Shown piece after piece: positions 49,052 through 63,073 of a stretch of DNA of 64,000 nt (position 1 is the first letter of the stretch; each line of letters starts with the position of its first letter). The DNA lies in NCBI GenBank assembly GCA_951406725.2, contig OX597829.1, positions 20,026,001 to 20,090,000 on the forward strand. Reading direction: 5' to 3'. The stretch is from Octopus vulgaris. Taxonomy: Eukaryota. The notes below the pieces were generated by a model, which was not told where the DNA came from, searched no databases, and was given only the letters and a program-made list of their open reading frames with translations. The position numbers and the translations under genes were made by a program.

Positions 49052-49065
49052 TATGTATATATATG
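48810..49065. repeat. compound (TA)n microsatellite
   Basis: Long TA runs; similar tracts at 24928-25141, 34790-34950 and 59620-60520. Confidence 0.95.
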
Positions 49066-49916
49066 AATTGATAAATATACGTGTTTGTATGTGTATTGTC
49101 TGCGTGTGTGTCTTATTTGTCATATGATGACTCAGAGGTTTCATTATTAGCCAGAAGTTGGTTGGTATTGAAATATGTTTACAAATATTGTTTAACTTTA
49201 TCTAAACTCAGTCTAAATAAGGTTGAACCAGTGAGTCCGTTTACATCTTGCTGTTACAAATGTTACAACACATGGGTAGAGGTGTGGTTGTTTGTTCTCT
49301 TGTCAACAGATCATCTGCTCACTTTGTGCCTTCAAAGCCGTGTGGAATAAGAGATCCCTTACTTGTAAAACCACCGTTTGCTATCTATCTCTCTCTCTCT
49401 CTCCCTCCCCTCTTTGTCTTTTTCTCTCTCTTGTTGCTCACACGTGACCATCGTCCATTTCTTCATGCATGGATGTTCTAAGGACCGTACGTCCTCTAAC
49501 TTTCCCTTATATTCTTCCCTCTTTTCAGAGAAAATATTTCTTCCAGCATTCACTGTTTCCTCTTGTTCTGGTCTAACAAATCTCCATGTTTGTTTTCGTT
49601 TGGTTTCCTTGTATGTCTCCACTGTCCTGTTTTTGTTCCCAACTTTGACCCTCCATAAAATCCAAAATTTATTTTGGAAGTTACGGGAGCAAATGTCTTT
49701 GAAGACTTATATTGTCGTTGATTGCTTGAAATGAAGAGTAGACAGCTGACAACTGATAAAGGGTCGTTCTTTGTGTTACTTGTCTTGTTTTCAATTTTTT
49801 TCCCCTCGTTGTTTGCATATTTAACTCGCTTGTTTTCGTATTTCATGTTGTTTACAGTTGGTGACATCCTATACCCATATATGCATATACATATATGTAT
49901 ATATGGGTATAGGACG

Positions 49917-49963
<47 letters not shown>

Positions 49964-50144
49964 TATGAATTTGTGTTGCAAGACTTCCTGATGTGAAATC
50001 ATGTGTTGAAACAGATATTGTTATATTTTGGGATGGTAATTTAAAAAAAATTTTTTTTGCCAAATAAACACTTGCATGTGTGTTATTGTTCTTAGTAGCA
50101 GTATGACCTTCCCCCTCATCCACATCGTCTCCCACCATTATCGC

Positions 50145-50394
50145 TGCTGCTGCCCTTGGACCCAAAAGTTTTGTACAGTTCCTATATCTCTCTGTGTTTG
50201 TGTGTTGTTGTTATAACTACACAATAATTTCACAGACAGCTGCAACAGTATCAACAACACAACTAACAACAGCAGCATTGGTGGTGACAAGGATGGCTAT
50301 AACAACAACTGCCACAATGGCAACACTGGGTGAACACACAAACACAGAGAGATATAGGAACTGTACAAAAAATATGGGTCCTAGGACAGCAGCA
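50145..50394. repeat. MITE-like inverted repeat
   Basis: tgctgctgcccttggaccca...ttttgtacagttcctatatctctctgtgtttgtgtgtt / aacacacaaacacagagagatataggaactgtacaaaa...tgggtcctaggacagcagca. Confidence 0.8.
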
Positions 50395-50494
50395 TTGACC
50401 CCTTATTATTATTATGTATGTAATTAAAAAATATTTTATACATACATATATATATATATATTCTTACATTCATATATATATATATCTATCTATC

Positions 50495-50549
<55 letters not shown>

Positions 50550-50571
50550 ATATAGACACACACACACACAC

Positions 50572-51230
50572 CTAGCAATTCTCAAAAGCAAGTTCAGCTT
50601 TCAGTAAACTTCAGCACACTGGCCACAAAGGTAAAAGTGTACCAAGCAATAGTGCTTACCACTCTTCTAAGTGACTGGAGCATAAACACTGGATACTCTA
50701 CAGGTGTCACATGAAATAGCTAAATTCATTCCATCTCTACTGTTTTCATTAAATTTGCAACATCAAGTGGCAAGACAAAGTTCCCAACTCAGTGGTTTTT
50801 TTTTTTTTTGCAAAATGTAACATTCTAGTCAGAGAGAGTTTCCTTGCCAAAGTATAACTGAGGTAGATTAGTTTTATGTATTACTCATGGAAGACATTTA
50901 CTTAGCTAAAATACTCTTTTATGATCAGGCTGCCCACTGCTCCATTATAAGAGTACTCTTAGAAGACTTGCTGGAAATTCTGCAAGATAAATCTTAAGAC
51001 ATGGGAATTGGTATCACTGAATAGAGTTTAGTGAAAAGATTCTTGCTTCCAAGCCATCTTCAATGTTGAGGCAGCCAGAATCAACAACCCGAGGGAGAAA
51101 AGTGCTCAGTGTAGAGCCAAGTCCAATCTACGCACAAATGATGGTAACTACTGCAACATCTGAAACAGGATCTATATTGTTAAGGCTGAACATGTTGTCG
51201 ATTTTTCATCTTGGAACCATCCTGGTAGGT
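50572..51230 (+). mobile_element. decayed RTE-BovB-like LINE fragment
   Basis: KASSAFSKL...TKVKVYQAIVLTTLL...WILYRCH...NIKWQDKVPNSVV. Confidence 0.75.
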
Positions 51231-54200
51231 GGTTCTGTTAGAACTCTCAATTTCTTCAGAATCTCATATCGAGAAAGATTTTGAAATATGCTGTGTTGGT
51301 AGAGTTATGACTAAACAATGGCGTTGTGGGGACAAGATATGATTTCATTGAGATAGAAATTAGTGGGCATTTAGGTCTTCTCCATCCCATCTCAACATGT
51401 TGGGGTAAGCAGAGGGCCTTCAAGTTAGCTGTGGATCAGGGAATGTGAGACCTGGAAGGAGTAGTAATACTTACAGTAGTACTAACCAGATACATTTCTT
51501 TCTTTCTTTATGGCATACATGGGGCTAAACCTAGAGGGGACAAACAAAGACAGATAAAGAGATTAAGTTGATTACATTGACCCCCTCTGCGTAACTGGTA
51601 CTTATTTAATCAACCCCGAAAAATTGAAAGGCAAAGTCGACCTCAGCGGAATCTGAACTCAGAATGTAATGGCAGGCAAAAAACCGCTAAGCGTTTTGCC
51701 CAGTGTGCTAATGATTCTGCCTGCTTGCCGCCCTTACTAACCAGATACAAACTGGGGGACTCGTCAATTGTAGCTGGAATGCCTGGGTTAGTTTGTCCGA
51801 TTGTTTAATGATGCAAAGTACCCAATGACTTCAAGAAACAGCACTGAGGACATGTTTAGGTGTATCACAATGTGATGGTGGTGGTTGTGGTCATGGTGAT
51901 GATAATGATGGTGTGTGTGTAAAAGATAAAATTGAAGATGGACAAAGGATCTTTTGTTTGTCTAGGGAGAGACAAATTATGCCAATGTAGATGAACACAC
52001 TCACTGGTTCACTTCCACTCATTTATTAAATATCCAATTATTTTGTTTTTGTTTGCCAAAAAGTTCTTCTGTTGCTTACATCACATTGCCATAATTTGTT
52101 TCAACTCACAAATTCACATAAAGAATCTTGCAAACCATATTCAAAAGTGAAGCACCTTTATTTTATCTTTTATTTTCATTAACTTGACCAGTGAGTTTTC
52201 ATATTGCCAACTATTGTTTAGCTGGATTATGTCTCCTATGTTTTGGACACTGAAATATAGATATATGAGAGAGATGTGGGTTTTTTTTTCAATTTCTTGC
52301 TGAACAACCTGCAGAAATGTTTTGTTTATAGTGATCAAATGTTTCTGCTGTACATTAGCTCACTCCTCCATCAAATTGACACTGCCTGAAAAAGTGCATG
52401 GTGTACCACACATCAGGTGTTTTAGTCAAGAACACACTGCACCAATCAAGGAATTGAAACCATGATCTCACAATCATGAGCACAATGCCCTAACCACTAG
52501 GCAATGTGCCCTCTTGGAGTACACACACACATAAACACAATCATAATATTTCCTGATTTCTTATAAGGAAGCTAAAACATCTAGTCAGTTTAGAGTTGCC
52601 ACACTTGATGTCTGGTGCTGAAGAGTGCAGAAAATCCTGAAATGCATCCTTCAGCCCATAAGGGACGCTCTGAACTGAACTTTGTGTTTCTAACAACTTT
52701 TGCTTAAAGTGAAAATGTTTCTACTTGCCAAACTGCAGTAAACATATCTCTTTACAGTCAAATATGTCTCAGACATTTTTGAAATTATCTAAATTATATA
52801 TATATATATGTATATAAACACAAACACACACAGCTAAATATACACACACACACATATATATATTTACTTGTGTATGTTTGTGTTTTATGTATGTATATTT
52901 ATGCATATATGTATGTATGTGTGTTTTTGTGTATATCTAAATATATTCATTCATTTGTTTTTACATCTATTTTTCTATGCTAGCACTTCTTAGACAATTA
53001 TATTATTGAAGCATTGTTTTACAGCTGGATGCCCTTCTCATTGCCAACCCATACCTGGTTTTTCAGATGAGCTATATCTTATTCCTCTCATTTTCAAAGG
53101 TGCAAAGTCAGCAGGCTATTTGTTGACAGTTTTTGTTTGTTTGTTGGAACAGTGCAAATGTAAACAATTGCATGTGCGTACACACGCACACACACACATC
53201 TTAATTGGTCTAACTCTACCACAGGTCCCATTCACATTCAGCTAGTGTCATTTCTGTATGCAAGTTTATTCCTCCTTATGCCACACATCTGTAGCTGGGC
53301 AGATGCACTCTACATCCAGTTTCTCCTACGTTGCATTTTTTCTCGCGACTTATTTGTATTCCTTTGTTCAGATCACATTAATATTTCACATTCAACGGAA
53401 TAAGTTCCTTTCATTTCTTTCTAATCTTCATATAAATATATTTAGCTGGTTGATCTTAAATCTAGGGTAATATATAAAAAGTTAACACTACCAAGATTTG
53501 TGTCAACTGTGATTTTTAAGCTCATTCTGTGGAAGAATACAATAAGATTTTTCATAAAGCCATCAGGTTCATGCCCATTCATGTTAGAGGTGACTCTAAG
53601 GCCATCATCACCTGAGAGGTGATTCTAAGGCCATCTGAAATGATGGCCTTGTAGTCACCTTTAACATGAACAGACATGAACTTGATGGCTTTAGGAAAAA
53701 TCTTTTTGTATTCTTCCAAAGAATGGGCTATAAATGTGTGGGCGGGGTATGGGGGTGTGAGAGTGTGTGTGTATTGTCAACACCATATCATCATCATCAT
53801 AATCATTATCATTTAGCAACTACCTTCCATGCTAGCATGGGTTGGATGATTTGACTGGATCTGACAAGCTACAGTGTTGCATTTAGCCTCAGTGTCAGCA
53901 CTGGCATAGCTTTTATGATCGGATGCACTTCCTGATGCCAACCACTTTATAGTGTGTATAGTGAATACTTTTTCCATGACACCAGTACTAGTGAGGTTGC
54001 CAAGTAACTTGCAAGTAAGTGAAAAGAAATGGAAAAGCACCCTCACTCCCTCTCAACTGAGGGAGAGTGTTTCTGAGAGAGGGAAAGGTAGTTCTATGAC
54101 AGGTGCTGAAGCTAAAACATGATAGGTGGATAATTACAGGTATCTTGCTATGGATGACATACACGCCTACCCTGCTAAAAAGCTGGGTAGGCATGTATGT

Positions 54201-55084
54201 CTACTCATGCCTACCCATGGTAAAGCAGGGTAGGCATTAGTGAGACTAGCTGGAACAAAGATAAAGATAAAGAGGATAAATGCAAGAGAGAATATAGACA
54301 TTGGATCAGGAGGGAAGGAGAAGGTAATGTGAGAGAAAAGTGGCAAGTGGTTAGAATTGGGGCTAGAGGTGTTTGTAATGAGTGATGAACATGGGTGGAA
54401 GTGTAGTTGAAGGAAAATATTAGCATGTAGTGGAAAGGCGAGAGAGATAGAAGTTGTTCAAGAAAGAGATGACAAGCAACAGTAGCAGAGTAGATATAGA
54501 GAGCAGCCCGTATCATAAATTTGTGGATAGATGAGAAAGTAAGGAGATAACACATTGGGTGTGAAAATTGAAGGAGGCAGGAAGGAGATGAACAGTGGCA
54601 GAGATGGAAGTCAGAGGTACATAAGGATGGCTATAGTGAATGGAGTGATACAGGTTGATGGGGGTGGAGTCAGTGGCAGATATGAGAGAATGTTGTGAAT
54701 GATAACAGATAGGGAGATGTTAACGAGGAGGTAGTGGGGGACCTAATAAGTGGTTGCTCAAAGAGGAGGAAGTGACAATTGAAGGCGCAGAAAAGGTATG
54801 GGTGATCTGTGGAAAGAAGTACAGACATGGAAGATAACAAGAATGAAAGGAGTTTCACAAGAAGAGGTTCCAGTGAAAGAGGAAGGTAACAGGTCATACA
54901 AAAGCAGAGAATGAAATATGTGCCATTCTACTCTCAAATGATTTCAGCAGCTGATTAGTACAGTAGTTAGGAGAGTGATGGAGGGATGAATGTCAGAAAG
55001 GTGAGATGTTAAGGAATGCTCAACACAGATAGGTATAAAAAGACCCATGTATACAAATGTAAATATAATGTTTTTAGGATCTCG

Positions 55085-55380
55085 CTTTCTTAAGGAATTG
55101 CTAACCATCTTTCTTATTCCTATATCATCTCCATGAGGTTTTTAACATCTTGAAATCAACCTTCATCTCTCATCTCTTTGGGTCTTCATCTTTCACAAGT
55201 TTGAAACAATTGGCACTTTTTAATACAGCTGTCCTCATCCATACACACCACATGACCAAACCTTTGCAGTATTTTCTTTTGCACACTACATGTGATTCCT
55301 CTTCTGCATAGTTTTTCCCCTCAACACATTTGCACTTTGTTATATGTGCACACTAACATCGGACATCCAACAGAATAGTC
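55085..55380 (-). mobile_element. decayed RTE ORF C-terminal fragment
   Basis: Minus strand ...RFGHVVCMDEDSCIKKC..., homologous to 28000-28200. Confidence 0.7.
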
Positions 55381-55732
55381 ATCATTTTAGCATCCAAATT
55401 TCTGCTCAGATGGAATTGATTGTGGCATATTTTCTATGAGTAGAGGACCTTCCTGTCATCAACCTCACCTACTTCCAAGCAAGATTACATGTTCCTATAG
55501 CCAAACATGTTTTTCACAGAAGATTGGAAACAGCAGACATCACTCAAATGATGCTCATTTACATGCATGATGGGCTTCTTTCAGTTTCTGTCTATCAAAT
55601 CTACTCAAGGCTTTGGTTGGCCAGAGGCCATAGTGAATGCCACTTCCTCCAAGGTGCTGCACAGTGTGATTGAACCCAAACCAGATGGTTAGGATGCAAG
55701 TTAACCACAGCTATGCATCAATTTTATATATA

Positions 55733-55963
55733 TTTCTTTACTACCCACAAGGGGCTAAACATGGAGAGGACAAACAAGGACAGACAAAGGGATTAAGTCG
55801 ATTACATCGACCCCAGTGCGAAACTGGTACTTTATTTATCGACCCCAAAAGGATGAAAGGCAAAGTCAACCTCGGCGGAATTTGAACTCAGAACGTAACA
55901 ACAGACGAAATACCGCTAAGCATTTCGCCCGGCACGCTAATGTTTCTGCCAGCTTGCCGCCTT
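55733..55963 (-). mobile_element. family B SINE, full length
   Basis: tttctttactacccacaaggggctaaaca...ctgccagcttgccgcc; another copy at 51515-51735. Confidence 0.88.
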
Positions 55964-58900
55964 ACATCAATTTTATATATGTATATATATAGATACATGT
56001 GTCTCTATATAGGTATATATACATGCATTTGTGTGTGTGCATATATATATATATAGTTAAAAGAGTGATGGAGGGATGGATGTCAGGAAGGTGAGACGTT
56101 AGGGAATACTCAACACAGACAGATAGGTATAAAAAGACCGGCGTATACAGATATAAATATAATGCTTTTATGCAGCACGGAATTTTGTCAGTGAACAGGT
56201 CGCGGTTTCAAAGTGATGAAATATTTTGACAAATTAAATTTTAATGTTGAAGTGACTCTAATGGTTTTTGTGTTTTTAAATGGCTTATAAACACCTTCCA
56301 TGCTGCAGTTGTTTATATATATATATATACATACACACATACATATACATATATATTACATTCACGCAGACACATACATATTAGAGTTCAAGGCACTTTC
56401 TGTGGGAAGTCCCATATACTGATGATCCAAATCTTATAGCTGAATCTATTATGGAATTGTGAAGATGCATAGCCCAATGATTAGAGCATTGAGCTTATAA
56501 TTTCGAGGTTGTGAATATGATTCCTAGACTGGGCTGTGTTTGTGTTTTTGAGCAATTATTTTACATAGCTCCAGTTCACTTATCTGTAGAAATGAGTTGC
56601 GATGTCACTAGTGTTATGCTGTATCAGTCTTTACTTTTCCCTAAGACAACATTGGTGGCATGGAGAGGGGGATACTGGTGTGTAGGGGTGATTACTGGTC
56701 TTCCACAAACAATCTTGCCCAGAGGTGATAAGGACTTATAACATAGATGACAATTGACTCCTGATGAGGGGTTGAACATATGTGAGTGTATTTTAAATTG
56801 AAAGTTTCTTCAAGACTATCTGCTCAAGGTTACAGACTAGATACAAGGCTGCTGTAAGGTTCCAGCTAGATGCAAGTTGATATGATGCTGATATGATACT
56901 GAAGATAAACCTATGAGAGCTAAGAGTCAAGCCTAGAAAGCTTGGAAGAAAAACTGGAGCAAAGAACAATTTCAAATTGTTTGAAGAGAAGCTAAACATT
57001 AGTTATTCATATCAAGGGTAGAAGCAAAAAGTAAAAGATTTGCATATTCTCCATAATGTGAGAATCAGAGGCATTATGATGTTCCAGTTTGCAAGGAAGT
57101 GTAATACAAAGAATTGAGATGTGGGTCTGGTGATCTCACATTGCTAAGTCTCATAAAGAAAATGGCAAAAACCACAACCTTTGAATAAACAGGAAAACCT
57201 GCCCTAACTATATCAGCGTAACAAATGAAGGTTGTCATAGATGATGGCAGTGACGGAAATTGAAGTATATGACACCTATGTTTAGGTCCCTTGCAGCCGT
57301 TGTGTTCATGTTTAGTTTCCATGTACCACTCTCCTCTTCTCTTCATTACTCTCATTTATAACTCACCCCTCTCTTGACAGTGTTCCCCCTCCCTACTATC
57401 ATTCTTTTCCCCCATTACACAGCCCGTGTAACAAAAGTTGACATCTTTATCGTTAGCCATTACACTATTTTCCCTCATCACTTGTTCACTTCCATTCTGT
57501 CTCTTTTCTAGCTCTCTCTCTCTCTCATACCACTCGTGATTCTATTCGTCCTCCCCATTAAGAATCTCCATGTAGCTCTATCACACTTTCTCTCTTTTTC
57601 CTTTACTGTCTTCTATCCTTCTTTCACTTTGGTTTTCTTTTCATTATCTCATCTTTCTGATGAGGTCAAGACAACCCTTTGATACAGGTGAATGAACGAA
57701 CAAAGTCAGATAGAGAGCATCGTTCTCGTCTTGTTCTCACAAGACAGCTTCACTAGTGCTGATCCAATGATTAAAATGCACCAACTACACTTAGTAAAAT
57801 GTTTAGAGAATGCCAAATGCATCTCGTACACTTTGTAAAATGGTTGGTGATAATAAGGGTATCCAGCTGTAGGAATCCTACGAAAAATGAAATCAAGTAA
57901 CATGGACCAGTCCGTGAAAACATTAAAAAAAGTGGATGTAAAACGATGATATATTCACACACAAACACATACGCGTGTCTGAGAGAGAGAGAGAGAGAGA
58001 GATTACGACAAATGTGAATGGCATTTCTGATTTCATTTCCTTTTTCTTTATTTGTTCTTATGATATGGAAATACTGTGTGAAAAATTCTACATTATTGCA
58101 TGATTCGTACAAAAAAAAATAAATAAATAAATAAAAGTGTTTATTATTAGATTTTTCGAAGAACGTTTTGCGAAAGAAATGAAGAATCTATATCTTGCTT
58201 GCCAACGAAATGAAAAATAAAAGCAAAATAATATTGGGGGAAAAATACCCTTCGTTACTCCTCCCATTTAAAACGACCTTGACTCATTGCGCATTGGTGC
58301 CAGTGTAGCGAGAATGAGGCATCAAAGGTGTGTACACAAAAACACCTGATGACATAGCTATACAAACACGCAAACATAAATGTTTGTGTATATAGCCTGA
58401 GATAGACACATATATTTACTCATACACACGTGCACGAACATTAAATAGAATATGCACACATTTCTCCGTAGATACACATACATGAATACATAATAAATAT
58501 TATTCACTCAGTAGCTTTGTACAGTGTACATGCAGTTAATAATGCCATGATAATTGATGTTTCTACAGTATGTCTTTGACTCTTTGAGAAAGTTGAAATA
58601 TATCAATGTGTGATCAAGAACAGGCTAGTTTTGTGGGATTATTTCTCCGTTTTAAATCCTGGAGTTTATCATATTGGAAGATCAATTAAAAGTTAAAAGA
58701 AAATAATTTAAAAAAAAAAAAGCAAAAATTATAAAATTAAAACAAAAAGAAAGAAAGGAAAAGGAGAAAAGAGAGAAAAGGGTACCGTTTTAAACTTCTG
58801 CTCCACTATTTGCTATTTAATAACCTTGTGCAAATATTGTGTAGGTCACATTTCATTTTTTTTTTAATTCTTTGTTTCCATTAAACTAAGGTGGTTGTTC

Positions 58901-59620
58901 TTTTCTTCTCCCCTACTGTTTTCAAACTTTTATTACATTATAATCTGCATATTATTCAATGGAACCTGTTAGAAGAAAAAGCTGTCTCACGGACAGATCT
59001 AGCTAATTAATACCGGAAACCGGAGAATCTTTTATAATAATAATAATTTTTTTCTAAATAATTCTTTCTACTTTGATTTTTAATACTAAAATAATGCATA
59101 TTAAGAACGTATAAAATATCAATGTATATTGGACAACATGATGTTTTATATTTTATTTTAGTTTGTGTTTTACCTTCTAGTGTCCACGTTCTGTTCTTTT
59201 AAAAGTCAAAATTTGAGTTTTTCCTTAATTATTTTTATAATTTTAGAGGTAGACAAAACCTATTTACAATATATTCGCATTGATGAGTTTGTTTTACTCG
59301 ACTGTAAACACCATCGCCGTCATCATCAGCAGCTGTGGCATCGGCAGTATTATCACCATAACCAATTTGACTATAATAATAATAATCAATGTTAATAGGA
59401 GGAAAAAAAAAAAAATTCGTTTCCACCTGCAATTTCGTTTTCGTTACGAAATTTCTGTTTTTAACCTATTACCACACACACACATGTTTGCGTGTGCGTG
59501 AGTGAGTGAGTGTGTGTGTATGAGTTGTTTCATCAGTCTCGCTTTGCAAAATGACATAATTGAAATCACATATGCGATATCTTTTGATAGCAATATGTGA
59601 GTGTATGTGTGTCCAACCTA

Positions 59621-59696
<76 letters not shown>

Positions 59697-60097
59697 AATA
59701 CATATATGTATCTATATGCGGGTGGGCACAAATCATATATAAATTAAATATATAAGCAAATTATATTATTTATTCCAAATAATACTGACACAAACCATAT
59801 CGATATACTCTTGAGGCCATTTATATAACTGATATTTTCATTCTTCCTGAAAAATCCAATTTACTATTTGAAAAAAAAAAAGTCTGTTCTCATTCGTCCT
59901 ACTGTCTGTCACTCGGTATTTCTGTGTATTTGTACACACTGTACATAATTTTAGTCAGCCGATGTATTAGTTTTATACAGGAAAGACAAGTATGATAAAA
60001 GTGTGCATATATGTATGTGTTTGTGTGTGTGTCTGTGTATGTATATATAGTCATTGAAAAGTATATAATATATATATTCACACGCGCGCATACACAT

Positions 60098-60159
<62 letters not shown>

Positions 60160-61318
60160 GTATAATACAACAGGATATGAAGAGGCAGTTGCAAGACATC
60201 AAGTCATTTACCATATATTTATACAGAAGAGAGTACAAAAAAAAATATATATACATTTAGGAGAAAAACCGAAAAATCCTTAACAGTGAAAGTTCAAATA
60301 TATATATATATACACATACATGTTTATGTATGTATATATGTACGTGTGTGCATATGTATATATATATATACGTATGTGTATGCATATATGTATATACATG
60401 TATGCATATGTGTATGTATGTGTATATGTATATCGCTATATGTATGTATATATAATGTATGTACATATGTATTTATATACATAATGTATGTACATATATA
60501 CATGTATGTATATATATATTTATATTCAGACTGATTCTCAGTATTCTATGTTCTTTCGTAGTTTTCGATAACTTCCTCCACTTCACATCTCGTCACCACC
60601 ATAACAACCATTATCATATGTACTGTCACTACAACTATACATTATCATCGGTTACTATCACTGTTACCTCTCTAATCACCACTATTGTGACCACTATGAC
60701 TCCTACAACAGTTACTCTACTGTTACCGCGACAACCATCATCATCGTTACACCACCTCACTCCTTTCTCCTCTAGCCGTCACTCTTTTCTTTTTCTCTCT
60801 CTCTTTTTTTTTTTACTGCTTGTGCAACCACTTCATTTATTGTTACTCCCTCTACCCTCCCGTCTAATCTCTCATCACCGTCGTCACTACCTATAACTGT
60901 TACTACTACTACTACTACTGCTGCTGCTGCTGTTATGGTATTATTAGTTGTTGTTTAACCCCAGGTCACCTATAATCAGAGGCATTCCCTACTCGACTGT
61001 GACTGTTATTTCCTCTCTGCAGAGAGAGAGAGCTGACGACTACATTATCCAACGTGTCCTTTTCTAAGACGATAAGTAAGCTGTGAATCGAGGGATATTT
61101 GACTGCTAGTTTTAGCAGGCTGAGCGTCCACATAGAGGCTCGTGTGGTATTACATGTTGGTAGTGGTAGGAGGAGAGCTAGTGTTAGTGGTAGTAACCGT
61201 GATTAGTAACTAAGGTATATATATATATTTATACATATATATATATACGCACACACATATACATGTTTTACAGGCTGCTATTTCTCTCTCGTAGTGTTGC
61301 TGCGTGAGAGTCAGCAAG

Positions 61319-61461
61319 ATGGCGGACGTCGATCCAGAAACACTTCTGGAATGGCTTCAAATGGGACAGCAGGGCGACGAAAGGGACATGCAACTTATAG
61401 CCCTCGAACAACTATGCATGTTACTACTTATGTCCGATAACGTGGATAGATGTTTCGAAAG
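61319..61461 (+). CDS. HECTD1: E3 ubiquitin ligase HECTD1, coding exon 1
   Basis: gcaagATGGCG start; [47 protein letters not shown]+AG|gtaagt, near-identical to the HECTD1 N-terminus. Upstream pyrimidine tracts ending in ag (61273, 61294) suggest a 5'UTR intron. Confidence 0.97.
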
Positions 61462-62838
61462 GTAAGTATATATTTTTTAAATCTTTTTTTTTTCTTCTCT
61501 CTCCGAATTTGTTTCATTATCATGACCAAAAAAAAAAAAATATTATTCTGCTTTTCATATATACTCTTTAAAAAAATTACTAATTTTCAGGCTTATTTTC
61601 TCTCTCAGAGTGTTCGATGGTTTTAACGAATATTTTAAAACGTCTATTTAAAATGTGACTTTTTTTCTCTCAATATGGCATATATTTTCTATACAGTAAA
61701 TATATATTTTTTAAACTGCTTCAGGTGCTATTTCTGTTTCAATTTTCCACCCATTTTAGTTTTATTTCGCCCCCTCACTGTTTTTATATTAATTACATCA
61801 GATTCTGTTCTTCACTTCCTATAACCATTTTTAATTATCATTATTTTGAGTTTGATTTATATTGATGAATAGTTTCCGTATAAATCTGCTGACATTTCTT
61901 GTTAGAATTCCTTACTGTTGTCAGTACATAATTTATTTCCTTTTTGTTAACTTTTAGGTAATGGGTTCTATTATATATTACTTAACCCCCTAATGAACTC
62001 TTTTATAAGTTTCAAATTTATCCAGTTAATTACTGTATTTAGTTTTTCTCTCTGTGTTCAGAAACTCGAATAATAAACTAAATCAAATTAACCTCCAGCT
62101 ATTAGAGAAAGAAACATGCATTATGCTTAGTCATAAAGAATTAAGTTATTAATATTTTATGAGTAACCAAGTATTCTGCATTTGTTTGTTCTTTCAGTAC
62201 TATTTAGACGTCTGTTGCTTTTCGAGATGTCCGCAATCTTTAGAATTTAATAAAATATCAACTGATGAGTAATCAAGTACATTTGCAATATATGTGTATT
62301 ATGTGTATACTTTTATCTCCATTTTGATTTCAATGTTTAACAAAGTATTTTAGTATTTCTACGTAAAATAACAAAATTACAACTGATGCATTGAGCAGGT
62401 AACTGCTTATAATCTATCGTGCTTTTATCTTTTTTTTTCCTTTTTTTTTTTTTAAATACATATATCTAGTATCTCTTTGTTCAACGTCCGTACTTTCATT
62501 ATCTCCCAAGCAGATTACTTCAAAATAAATAGCTGTTTATTTCGTAAGGAAGTGTATTCACCTAACCCATCTTCGTTTTTTTTTTATGGACTTTCTTGCT
62601 GAAGGTTAATAATAGCTACTTTTATTGGAATTACTTGATTAAACTACATCCAATCTCTGCAGACTCTGAAATCCTTATTTTTCCCAACCATCGTTGTCAC
62701 TCATTATCTATAAGCGATACTTCTCAACAAATCACCTGTATTTTCTGACATTTTGACGTATTTTGAAGGCAGTTTACATTGATGTGTTTCTGATTTTTTG
62801 CTTTTGTTTTTTTTTTTTTGTTTTGTTTTTGTTTTCAG

Positions 62839-63073
62839 TTGTCCACCAAGAACCTTCCTGCCAGCACTTTGTAAAATTTTTCTTGATGAACGTGCTCCTG
62901 ATAATGTTCTTGAAGTCACCGCACGTGCCATTACATACTACTTGGATGTGTCAGCAGAATGCACTCGTCGCATTGTTGCTGTCGAGGGTGCCATTAAGGC
63001 CCTCTGTAACAGATTGGTTGTGGCTGAAATGTCTTCACGTACAAGTAGGGATTTAGCGGAACAATGTATAAAA
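62839..63073 (+). CDS. HECTD1: HECTD1 coding exon 2 (ARM-like region)
   Basis: ttttcag|T+[78 protein letters not shown]|gtaagt; 235 nt, phase 2 to 0, consistent with exon 1. Confidence 0.97.

Noticed and set aside
48764-49144. ORFs rich in YI/IY, HT or CV repeats (many across the window)
   Set aside because: They are translations of (TA)n, (CA)n and (TG)n microsatellites.
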